In this document: positions 7,957-15,523 of the stretch, in pieces
Position numbering within the stretch: the first letter of the stretch is position 1
Layout of the letters: each line of letters starts with the position of its first letter
Virus record (IMG/VR): IMGVR_UViG_2861043448_000001
Direction: 5' to 3' (one strand)
DNA from: a virus
Taxonomy: Duplodnaviria > Heunggongvirae > Uroviricota > Caudoviricetes
DNA: 22,628 bases
Notes under the pieces: model-generated
The model's input: only the letters and a program-made list of their open reading frames with translations
The model's database searches: none
Told to the model about the DNA's origin: nothing
Program-made: the position numbers and the translations under genes

Positions 7957-9306
7957 TTATTCCGTTTTACATATCATAGTAGTCGATTGGAGAATATAGT
8001 TTCTGGGAATGTACTCTTCAAAGTGTTCGTCCTTTTTAAATACATGAACTACATTTGGGAATAATTGATAGTCAACAGGGTGTATAGCGTTTGGATTATG
8101 GTACATGTACATGGCTGTACACCATGGTTCTTGATAGTTAGGGTCACTTACATCGGCTGAAAATGGATGTGGGGCTGCATCCTGATCAGTTTTAACACCA
8201 CTGACGTACACTTTGAATCCACTCGCCTCTACACCTGCAAGAATTCCCATCCGGTTAAACTTAGGTATGGTTGCTTGAGTAGTGAGTAAAACGGCAGAAA
8301 CATAATTATTTTGTTCTGAGCCAAAAAAGTTCGACTTGATACTTCTATTTTCATCTGTATGTCTTTCAATAGAAATGCCTGACTCAATATCAATCCCGTA
8401 CAAATAGCTATGCAAGGCTTCGCTTGAGAAGGCCATGGACATTCTTTTTGAATAATCCTGCATTGCTATGACAAATGGTTTGTTCTTTGTATGGTTGAGT
8501 TCCCAGTAATGAACTTTCTCTGGCTCAGGGCAATGCCGGACTTTTTTTAATAAACTTCTTGCAAACTTAAAAGGCATGACATTTAGAACATGTTTTCTTA
8601 ATTCATCCATCTGTTCATCGTTAATGACTTTTCTTTCAAGAGGGGCTTCTGCTTCAGCAATGCTTACAGCCTCTACAGCAATTTCCACTCCAAATTTAGA
8701 TAGCAGAAAATCTGGTTGATTGTATTCTCTATTCATTTCAAAGTCGAGTTCATAAAATACAGCGTTCAAATATAATTCAAATAACCTTGAATTAAATGCA
8801 TCACTTTGAAAATCCCTTATAAATATTCCATCAGGATCTTTGAACCAGTATGCAAGTTCCTCAAGAACAATATATGCAGGGAAATGAAGAGGGTCTTCGA
8901 GGAGCATTTTTATATAAACATTCCTTTTTTTCGCTGGGACCTTACTCAAGAATAATGAAAAAGGTTTGGTTGATTCATCGCCTTGCATGAATGTACCATT
9001 TTGGTGCTGCGCCAGCATCTTTGGTATGTCATCGTTCAAATTATTAAGCAAGACATCCATTGAATCAAATGAAGCCAAGACGTTTATTGCTCTGAATTTT
9101 TTATCTAAATCCCGACCTAAGACTATTGCGTTAAAATCTTTATCAATATTGCATATGATTATTGTGGATAACAATGTTATCCCATTCCCCTCATATTTAA
9201 ACCAGCGTATCTCCTCAGAAAATGTCTTAAGGTAAGGTGAGCGACCGTAAAAATAAATATCAAATTGTTCTTTGCTGATCTCACTGAAGTGTAATCCTGC
9301 GTTCAT
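7957..9306 (-). CDS. hypothetical protein (449 aa), no recognisable domain
   Basis: Long intact ORF with AAGGA SD 7-11 nt upstream of the ATG; AT-rich; same strand as the adjacent GIY-YIG gene. Confidence 0.7.
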   Translation of the reverse strand: MNAGLHFSEISKEQFDIYFYGRSPYLKTFSEEIRWFKYEGNGITLLSTIIICNIDKDFNAIVLGRDLDKKFRAINVLASFDSMDVLLNNLNDDIPKMLAQHQNGTFMQGDESTKPFSLFLSKVPAKKRNVYIKMLLEDPLHFPAYIVLEELAYWFKDPDGIFIRDFQSDAFNSRLFELYLNAVFYELDFEMNREYNQPDFLLSKFGVEIAVEAVSIAEAEAPLERKVINDEQMDELRKHVLNVMPFKFARSLLKKVRHCPEPEKVHYWELNHTKNKPFVIAMQDYSKRMSMAFSSEALHSYLYGIDIESGISIERHTDENRSIKSNFFGSEQNNYVSAVLLTTQATIPKFNRMGILAGVEASGFKVYVSGVKTDQDAAPHPFSADVSDPNYQEPWCTAMYMYHNPNAIHPVDYQLFPNVVHVFKKDEHFEEYIPRNYILQSTTMICKTE

Positions 9307-9428
9307 ACCAATTCCTTTTCAATGAATAATTGGCCTTTAGGAGTGATTCCCTTTGTCTTTAATTCAGTTCTAACTAGTTCTTTAATCCAATAGCCTAAGC
9401 TCATCATGCAGTTGGATCATAAGACAAC

Positions 9429-9457
9429 GCCCTATAGTGCTCGTGATACTATAGGGC
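9429..9457. promoter_or_regulatory. perfect 10-bp inverted repeat with 9-bp spacer (GCCCTATAGT-gctcgtgat-ACTATAGGGC)
   Basis: Seen directly in the divergent region between the 449-aa gene and the recombinase gene; geometry resembles an operator or recombinase core site. Confidence 0.35.
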
Positions 9458-9590
9458 ATCTGACCACACTGTTAACTGGAGTAACGACTATGGCAGGAAT
9501 ACAGCATAACCAAACTCACCCCAAACTTACATAGCGCTTTCTGGCCGTGAGCATAACAAGGTCCACTCCTCGCTCATAAGGGACAACCAT

Positions 9591-9623
9591 ACTCAAATCT
9601 CCCACATTGCAGGAGATTTGAGT
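9591..9623 (+). promoter_or_regulatory. perfect 12-bp stem-loop sequestering the recombinase ribosome-binding site
   Basis: ACTCAAATCTCC-cacattgca-GGAGATTTGAGT; the AGGAG SD (9611-9615) lies in the loop/3' arm junction and the ATG (9624) follows immediately. Confidence 0.45.
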
Positions 9624-10226
9624 ATGAACACGTCACCGTGGAACAAAGACCGTATCATAGGCCAAAAAAGACCACTTCAGATATCTCATATCTGGGGTAT
9701 CCGAATCCGACTTGAACTGGAAGGTAAAACTCGCGATTTAGCTCTGTTCAACATGGCCCTGGATAGTAAGCTTCGAGGCTGTGATCTGGTCAAACTCAAA
9801 GTATCTGATGTTGCATATGGTGGCTCTGTTTCAAGCAGAGCAACGGTGTTGCAACAGAAAACCGGTAGCCCTGTTCAATTTGAGATAACCAAAGGGACAA
9901 GAGAAGCTGTTGCTGCATTGATACAGCTTAGCAATTTGCACAGTAAAGACTTCTTGTTTCGGTCTAGGGTCGGAACTAACCAGCACATTTCAACCCGGCA
10001 ATACAACCGAATCTTTCATGGGGGGGTAGAAAAGCTTGGTCTCGAAGATTCGCTTTACAGCACACATTCCATGAGAAGAACAAAACCTTACCTGATCTAC
10101 AAGAAAACCAAGAATCTCCGGGTGATCCAACTTCTGTTGGGTCATAAGAAACTGGAAAGCACAGTCCGTTATCTGGGCATTGAAGTCGATGATGCGTTAG
10201 AGATTTCTGAATCGATTGAAGTCTAA
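9624..10226 (+). CDS. small tyrosine recombinase, catalytic domain only (FimB/FimE-sized, 200 aa)
   Basis: Catalytic signature ...LRGCD (Arg-I) ... HSMRRT ... LLGH ... TVRYL (Tyr nucleophile). No N-terminal arm-binding domain. The track ORF begins at TTG 9618; ATG 9624 with AGGAG 8 nt upstream is preferred. Confidence 0.8.
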   Translation: MNTSPWNKDRIIGQKRPLQISHIWGIRIRLELEGKTRDLALFNMALDSKLRGCDLVKLKVSDVAYGGSVSSRATVLQQKTGSPVQFEITKGTREAVAALIQLSNLHSKDFLFRSRVGTNQHISTRQYNRIFHGGVEKLGLEDSLYSTHSMRRTKPYLIYKKTKNLRVIQLLLGHKKLESTVRYLGIEVDDALEISESIEV

Positions 10227-10585
10227 GGTTGTCAGGGCTGCAACAGCAGCCCTGTGCCATAAGCGGAAGTATTTAACAACTATCAGTGTTGTTCAACAGA
10301 TAAAGGGGCACTTGATTTTTTCTGTTCTCAGGAAATGATAAAAGCGCGTCGGTTCAAGCCTGCTTAACGGGAGTTTGTTAATCCTGTTGCCGTGACGTTT
10401 TGACACCATTATGATGGGGAGACACTTAATGTATGAAGGTTCCGCCACTTATACCTGTCCAACAACTGCCTCGGATGTTTCTTTGTATGAATAAGTGGTA
10501 ATGAGTAGTGAATCGCTAACAGTCACCCGAACAATCGGTGCCTGCAATTAATTCTATATTCTAAACGAGGGGGAGATTATTACAC

Positions 10586-11566
10586 ATGAAATTTAAGGAC
10601 AAGAACCTTAAGGCTCTCGCGGAATGTATCATAGGAGATAATAAGGCATTTCTGTATCGTTCAAGCAGTCACATCACTGAATTTTTCCAGGACTGCGGCA
10701 TGGATGTTACTCATGACGGATCCACTCGGTGGAAATGGACGGCCCAGAGGCTTGAAGAACTTCTTTATGAGCCACAGTCAAAGCCACATACTTTGCCGGA
10801 AAGGTTTGTTCATGTGCTCAGAACTTTAATGTTAAAAGAAGATGCAATGGATGACGATCCAGGAAGATTAAAGGCGCTTGAAGAACTGAACAAGCCTTTG
10901 ATGCGGGAAGGCTATGAGGCATTCTATGGTGACGATCGCCTTTTGTATATACGCCATACCGATACCAAAACGGTTTCAGTCAGTAATAACCCTCATCGGC
11001 CCTTAACGCCTCACGAAGTAGAATGCAGAAGGTTACTGACCGCGTTTCTTGATACCTGCTCAGAAGATGAGTTAATAGAAGATATTCTCCTTCCTTTATT
11101 CCGGCAACTTGGTTTTCACCGGATAACAGCAGTGGGACATAAAGATAAAGCGCTGGAATACGGGAAAGACATCTGGATGAAGTTCACACTGCCAACTCAG
11201 CATGTTCTTTATTTCGGCATTCAGGCAAAAAAAGGTAAGTTGGATGCGTCCGGTGCCAGCAAATCTACGAATTCAAACGTGGCAGAAATCTTCAACCAGG
11301 TACTGATGATGCTTGGCCATGAAATATTTGACCCAGAAACAAATAGAAAGGTGCTGGTAGATCATGCCTTTATCGTTGCTGGCGGAGAAATTACTAAACA
11401 GGCGAGGAACTGGCTGGGCGGGAAACTTGATGCCAGCAAAAGAAGCCAGATAATATTTATGGACCGGGAAGACATTCTTAATTTATATACTGTAAGTAAT
11501 GTACCTCTGCCAACAGGTGCTCTCATCTCTGATGATGCCGTTAAGAACGATGATATTCCTTTCTAA
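10586..11566 (+). CDS. protein with C-terminal Mrr-like PD-(D/E)xK nuclease motif and unknown N-terminal domain (326 aa)
   Basis: Strong SD (GAGGGGGAG). C-terminal half ...HRITAVGHKDKALEYGKDIWMKF...LYFGIQAKKG... resembles the Mrr catalytic core (D ... Q-x-K). Confidence 0.7.
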   Translation: MKFKDKNLKALAECIIGDNKAFLYRSSSHITEFFQDCGMDVTHDGSTRWKWTAQRLEELLYEPQSKPHTLPERFVHVLRTLMLKEDAMDDDPGRLKALEELNKPLMREGYEAFYGDDRLLYIRHTDTKTVSVSNNPHRPLTPHEVECRRLLTAFLDTCSEDELIEDILLPLFRQLGFHRITAVGHKDKALEYGKDIWMKFTLPTQHVLYFGIQAKKGKLDASGASKSTNSNVAEIFNQVLMMLGHEIFDPETNRKVLVDHAFIVAGGEITKQARNWLGGKLDASKRSQIIFMDREDILNLYTVSNVPLPTGALISDDAVKNDDIPF

Positions 11567-11993
11567 TCAGAAGTACGTCTTTTTCTGAAAGAATACGTGA
11601 TAGGTAGCCACACCACACCTTTAGTGACCCCTTAATCTGGTAATATAACAGCCCGTATGAATGTCCGCGGCATCGCGGGCTGAAATTTATTAAAAATACT
11701 TATTCATCAAGCTGGAGTAGTTTGCCGAGTAACTGTAAACGCCCAACTTAACCGGACCATTCACTTTTAGATTGCTACCAGCAAACCAACTTCCGTTTCT
11801 CGCTCAAAGCGGACTAGAAGGTTAGCTTGCGTCGGACTTGGCGTATTTAAAGAAGTGCTGGTGGTAACTGGTTGTTGTGTTCCATTTCTACAAAACAAAA
11901 TCACAGAAACTATACCCAATAGTTATATTGAATCAATGATGAGACAGCCTCATATTTATCAGAACTGGTGTACGTCCAATACAGGAGGTTGTC

Positions 11994-12083
11994 GTGCTGG
12001 TTCTCAAATATGCGCTAGCTATTGCGGCTGTAATGGCAATTTATTGTCTTGCTATTGTTCTTACGGATCGCCTTTCTGATTGA
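11994..12083 (+). CDS. putative small hydrophobic peptide (29 codons, GTG start)
   Basis: AGGAGG SD 6 nt upstream of GTG; translation VLVLKYALAIAAVMAIYCLAIVLTDRLSD is one predicted TM helix with a short polar tail, like type I toxins. Lies just upstream of the hok promoter region. Confidence 0.25.
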   Translation: MLVLKYALAIAAVMAIYCLAIVLTDRLSD

Positions 12084-12237
12084 TTTTATATTGGCGAGGT
12101 GACGGGAGTTAAGTAGAATTGCTGCGGGTGCTTGAGGCTATCTGCCTCAGGCATGAACACCAAAGGCAGATAGAGAAAAGCCCCAGTTAACATTACGCGT
12201 CCTGCAAGACGTTTAACATTAATCTGAGGCTCAATCT

Positions 12238-12450
12238 ATGAACGGCAAATCTAGGTTAGCCTCTTACGTGCCGAAAGGCAAGGAGAAGCAGGCTATGAAG
12301 CAGCAAAAGGCGATGTTAATCGCCCTGATCGTCATCTGTTTAACCGTCATAATGACGGCACTGGTAACGAGGAAAGACCTCTGCGAGGTACGAATCCGAA
12401 CCGGCCAGACGGAGGTCGCTGTCTTCACAGCTTACGAACCTGAGGAGTAA
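12238..12450 (+). CDS. hok: Hok/Gef family type I toxin with in-frame Mok leader (hok proper = 12295..12450)
   Basis: MKQQKAMLIALIVICLTVIMTALVTRKDLCEVRIRTGQTEVAVFTAYEPEE is a near-match to Hok/Gef toxins; in-frame upstream extension from ATG 12238 as in chromosomal mok; candidate promoter TTGGCG-17-TAGAAT about 12097-12125. Confidence 0.85.
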   Translation: MNGKSRLASYVPKGKEKQAMKQQKAMLIALIVICLTVIMTALVTRKDLCEVRIRTGQTEVAVFTAYEPEE

Positions 12451-12517
12451 GAGACCAGGCGGGGGAGAATCCCTCGCCACCTCTGATGTGTCAGGCATCC
12501 TCAACGCACCCGCACTT

Positions 12518-12546
12518 AACCCGCTTCGGCGGGTTTTTGTTTTTAT
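12518..12546 (+). terminator. intrinsic terminator after hok
   Basis: AACCCGC-ttcg-GCGGGTT hairpin followed by a T-run (TTTTTGTTTTTATTTT). Confidence 0.6.
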
Positions 12547-12665
12547 TTTCAACGCGTTTGAAGTTCTGGACGGTGCCGGAATAGAATCAAAAATACTTAA
12601 GTAGCGCGCAGGGATAAGAGGGATGGTCCCTTAAAGGGGAGAGCTAATTATCCGGAAGGATTCTG

Positions 12666-12917
12666 ATGATGAACATCGAAGAACTGCGTAAAATTTTTTG
12701 TGAAGATGGCCTCTATGCTGTGTGCGTTGAAAATGGAAATCTTGTTAGTCATTACCGCATTATGTGTTTGCGAAAGAATGGGGCTGCGTTAATTAATTTT
12801 GTGGATGGTCGAGTGACAGACGGATTTATCTTGCGCGAAGGTGAGTTTGTCACTTCATTACAGGCACTGAAAGAGATTGGAATAAAAGCAGGCTTTTCAG
12901 CTTTTGCAGAAGAATAA
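12666..12917 (+). CDS. small nin-region protein (83 aa), Rem-like by size and position
   Basis: GGAAGGA SD before ATGATG; same size and position relative to hok and the HNH-motif protein as the K-12 Qin rem gene as I recall it; the protein sequence itself is not something I can verify. Confidence 0.55.
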   Translation: MMNIEELRKIFCEDGLYAVCVENGNLVSHYRIMCLRKNGAALINFVDGRVTDGFILREGEFVTSLQALKEIGIKAGFSAFAEE

Positions 12918-12983
12918 ACTCATCTACAATCTTGCGCGGGGCTGAACTCCCGCTGAGTAACACCGTGCCACCGGAGAAAACCG

Positions 12984-13262
12984 ATGGCACGCAACGTAAA
13001 ATATTACAATTCTGATAATTCGCCCGTTCTTGCCTGCACGCACGAGCGGTATTCTCACGCATTCAAGTCTGAATGGTTCCAGCACCCTCCATGCACTGAA
13101 GAGCAGGCTGAATGGATAATTCAGTGTTACCGCAGGCGCGGATACGAGGTTAAGAAAGCTCTTAGTCTCGACTACCGTCACTGGATAATCTCAGTCAGAT
13201 TGCCTTACTCCGAACGCCCACCGCGTCCGTCCCGTACATTCCAGCAACGCATCTGGAGGTAA
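12984..13262 (+). CDS. hypothetical protein (92 aa)
   Basis: GGAGAAAA SD; stop lies 2 nt before the GTG start of the next gene (operon-like packing). Confidence 0.5.
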   Translation: MARNVKYYNSDNSPVLACTHERYSHAFKSEWFQHPPCTEEQAEWIIQCYRRRGYEVKKALSLDYRHWIISVRLPYSERPPRPSRTFQQRIWR

Positions 13263-13263
13263 C

Positions 13264-14313
13264 GTGCGGGTATTACTTCGACCTGTTCTGGTACCGGAAC
13301 TCGGGCTGGTGGTCGTTAAGCCGGGCCGTGAATCCATGCCGGTATTCCACAATACCCGGGTACTGGTGGAGCCGGAACCGAAAAGCATGCGTAATCTGCC
13401 GTCCGGGGTCGTTCCTGCCGTTCGCCAGCCGCTGGTGGAAGACAAAACATTGCTGCCGTTTTTCAGTAACGCACGGGTAATTCGTGCTGCTGGTGGTGCT
13501 GGTGCATTGTCTGACTGGCTGTTGCGCCATATTAAATCCTGCCAGTGGCCACACGGCGATTATCATCACAGCGAAACCGTCATTCACCGTTATGGTACCG
13601 GCGCAATGGTGTTGTGCTGGCACTGCGACAACCAGCTGCGTGACCAGACATCCGAATCACTCGAGCAACTTGCTCATCAAAACCTGTCAGCATGGATGAT
13701 TGACGTCATCGGTCACGCAATAAGCGGTACGCAGGAGCGTGAATTATCTTTGGCTGAATTATCCTGGTGGGCGGTCCGCAATCAGGTGGCGGACGCGCTA
13801 CCGGAAGCGGTATTACGTGGTTCGCTGGGGTTGCGTGCGGAAAAAATCCGCTCAATGTACCGTGAAAGCGACATCGTACCGGGAGAGCAGACCGCCAACA
13901 GCATACTGAAACAGCGCACAAAAAATCTTGCGCCGCTGCCTCACGCCCACCAGCAACAGAACCCACCACAGGAAAAGACGGTGGTCAGCATTGCCGTTGA
14001 TCCTGAGTCTCCGGAATCTTTCATGAAACGACCTAAACGTCGCCGCTGGGTTAACGAGAAATACACACGCTGGGTGAAGACACAGCCGTGTGCGTGTTGT
14101 GGTAAGCCAGCCGACGATCCCCATCACCTGATTGGTCATGGTCAGGGCGGAATGGGGACAAAATCTCACGATATTTTCACGCTACCGCTGTGTCGGGAGC
14201 ATCACAACGAGCTTCATGCGGATCCTCTGGCGTTCGAAGAAAAGCATGGTTCTCAGGTTGATTTAATTTTTCGTTTTCTTGATCACGCCTTTGCAACTGG
14301 CGTGCTTGGGTAA
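13264..14313 (+). CDS. nin-region protein with C-terminal HNH-like Cys/His motif (349 aa, YdfU-like)
   Basis: GTG start with GGAGG SD 5 nt upstream; C-terminus CACCGK...HHLIGHGQGG...CREHHNELH resembles HNH nuclease motifs; size matches K-12 YdfU as recalled. Confidence 0.7.
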   Translation: MRVLLRPVLVPELGLVVVKPGRESMPVFHNTRVLVEPEPKSMRNLPSGVVPAVRQPLVEDKTLLPFFSNARVIRAAGGAGALSDWLLRHIKSCQWPHGDYHHSETVIHRYGTGAMVLCWHCDNQLRDQTSESLEQLAHQNLSAWMIDVIGHAISGTQERELSLAELSWWAVRNQVADALPEAVLRGSLGLRAEKIRSMYRESDIVPGEQTANSILKQRTKNLAPLPHAHQQQNPPQEKTVVSIAVDPESPESFMKRPKRRRWVNEKYTRWVKTQPCACCGKPADDPHHLIGHGQGGMGTKSHDIFTLPLCREHHNELHADPLAFEEKHGSQVDLIFRFLDHAFATGVLG

Positions 14314-14325
14314 AAGAGGTGACTG

Positions 14326-14700
14326 ATGCTCATAGATTTGGTTTTACCTTACCCGCCGACGGTGAACACTTACTGGCGACGCCGTGGCAGCACATATTTT
14401 ATCTCGGAGGAGGGAAAGCGTTATCGCCGGGCTGTGGCGCTTATTGTTCGCCAGCAGCGGCTGAAATTAAGCCTGTCCGGAAGGCTGGCGATAAAGGTGA
14501 TTGCAGAGCCACCGGATAAGCGTCGTCGCGACCTGGACAATATCCTGAAAGCACCGCTGGATGCGCTGACGCATGCGGGAGTGTTAATGGACGATGAGCA
14601 GTTTGATGAAATCAATATCGTTCGTGGTCAGCCAGTATCTGGTGGACGTCTGGGGGTGAAGATTTACCCCATAATGCATGAAGAGCAGGTCAAAAAATGA
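14326..14700 (+). CDS. rusA: RusA-type Holliday junction resolvase
   Basis: 124-aa ORF with conserved ...PDKRRRDLDNILKAPLDALTHAGVLMDDEQ...GGRL... motif of RusA. Confidence 0.85.
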   Translation: MLIDLVLPYPPTVNTYWRRRGSTYFISEEGKRYRRAVALIVRQQRLKLSLSGRLAIKVIAEPPDKRRRDLDNILKAPLDALTHAGVLMDDEQFDEINIVRGQPVSGGRLGVKIYPIMHEEQVKK

Positions 14701-15518
14701 AACTGGAAGATTTACCGAAATACTACTCCCCAAAATCCCCTGGCCTGACCGATGCATCGGCCTCAACGTCAAAAGATGCGCTGAGTATCACTGATGTGAT
14801 GGCCGCGCAGGGCATGACACAGAATCGGGCTGAGATGGGTTTTTCTGCGTTCCTGGGGAAAATGGGCATCAGTATGAATGACAGGGCGCGGGCAACAGAA
14901 TTACTGGCAGATTATGCACTCAGTCGGTGCGATCGTGTGGCGGCGTTGAGAAAGCTTCCGGCAGAAATAAAACCGGTAGTGATGCGCATTATGGCTTCGT
15001 ACGCTTTTGAGGATTATGCCCGCAGCGCAGCGAGTAAAAAGCAGTGCCCTTGTTGCTATGGGGAAAAATTTATTGAAAGCGTAGTTTTTACAAACAAGGT
15101 CCAGTATCCGGATGGTAAGCCGCCGGTATGGGCAAAGTGTACGAAAGGTGTGTATCCGTCTTACTGGGAAGAATGGAAAAAAGTCAGGGAGGTGGTAAAA
15201 GTTGCCTGTCCGGAGTGTGGCGGAAAGGGTGAGGTTTCCACCGCCTGTAAGGATTGCCGTGGGCGTGGTGTCGCCATTCATCGTGAAGAGTCGGTAAAAC
15301 GTGGTATGCCTGTTATCAGAGACTGCCAGCGTTGTGGTGGTCGTGGCTATGAAAGACTACCATCAACGGAGGCATTTAATGCTATATGCGAGGTGACAAA
15401 CCAGATAACACGCGCGTCATGGGAAAAAACAGTTAAGAAATTCTATGATGCGCTGGTGACCCGGTTTGATATTGAAGAAGCATGGGCTGAGCGGCAGTTA
15501 AAAAAGGTAACTAGGTAA
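14697..15518 (+). CDS. late-gene antiterminator Q (called by position; Cys-rich zinc-binding motifs)
   Basis: Start overlaps the rusA stop (ATGA); immediately upstream of a PR'-like promoter and tR'-like terminator; contains CPCC and three CxxCGG(K/R)G repeats. Confidence 0.65.
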   Translation: MKLEDLPKYYSPKSPGLTDASASTSKDALSITDVMAAQGMTQNRAEMGFSAFLGKMGISMNDRARATELLADYALSRCDRVAALRKLPAEIKPVVMRIMASYAFEDYARSAASKKQCPCCYGEKFIESVVFTNKVQYPDGKPPVWAKCTKGVYPSYWEEWKKVREVVKVACPECGGKGEVSTACKDCRGRGVAIHREESVKRGMPVIRDCQRCGGRGYERLPSTEAFNAICEVTNQITRASWEKTVKKFYDALVTRFDIEEAWAERQLKKVTR

Positions 15519-15523
15519 CAAGG

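Noticed and set aside
8966-9235. 89-aa plus-strand ORF inside the 449-aa gene
   Set aside because: Antisense to the longer, RBS-supported 449-aa ORF.
9976-10260. 94-aa minus-strand ORF overlapping the 3' end of the recombinase gene
   Set aside because: Antisense to a CDS with a clear tyrosine-recombinase catalytic signature; no RBS.
10227-10585. Invertible promoter switch between the recombinase and the Mrr-like gene
   Set aside because: I could not find a convincing pair of inverted repeats of 9 bp or more bounding this 360-bp segment by eye; only the hairpin CAGGGCTGC-aaca-GCAGCCCTG at 10233-10254 is present. Kept as a hypothesis in the findings, not annotated as a feature.
11855-12079. 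74-aa Cys-rich ORF (possible peptide or RiPP precursor)
   Set aside because: No SD before any of its ATGs, and the frame overlaps the better-supported short hydrophobic ORF that has a consensus AGGAGG; probably a chance frame, though the Cys density could not be fully dismissed.
12190-12290. Sok antisense RNA gene on the minus strand
   Set aside because: Expected from hok/sok biology, but the candidate promoter hexamers I could read (TTGCCT-17-TAACCT) are weak, so I did not annotate a feature.
13191-14169. Several minus-strand ORFs (84-116 aa) within the YdfU-like gene
   Set aside because: Antisense to a 349-aa ORF with a strong GGAGG-GTG start and HNH-like motif; typical GC-rich antisense artefacts.
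14901-15281. 126-aa minus-strand ORF inside the Q gene
   Set aside because: Antisense to the Q-position ORF, which is translationally coupled to rusA; no independent support.
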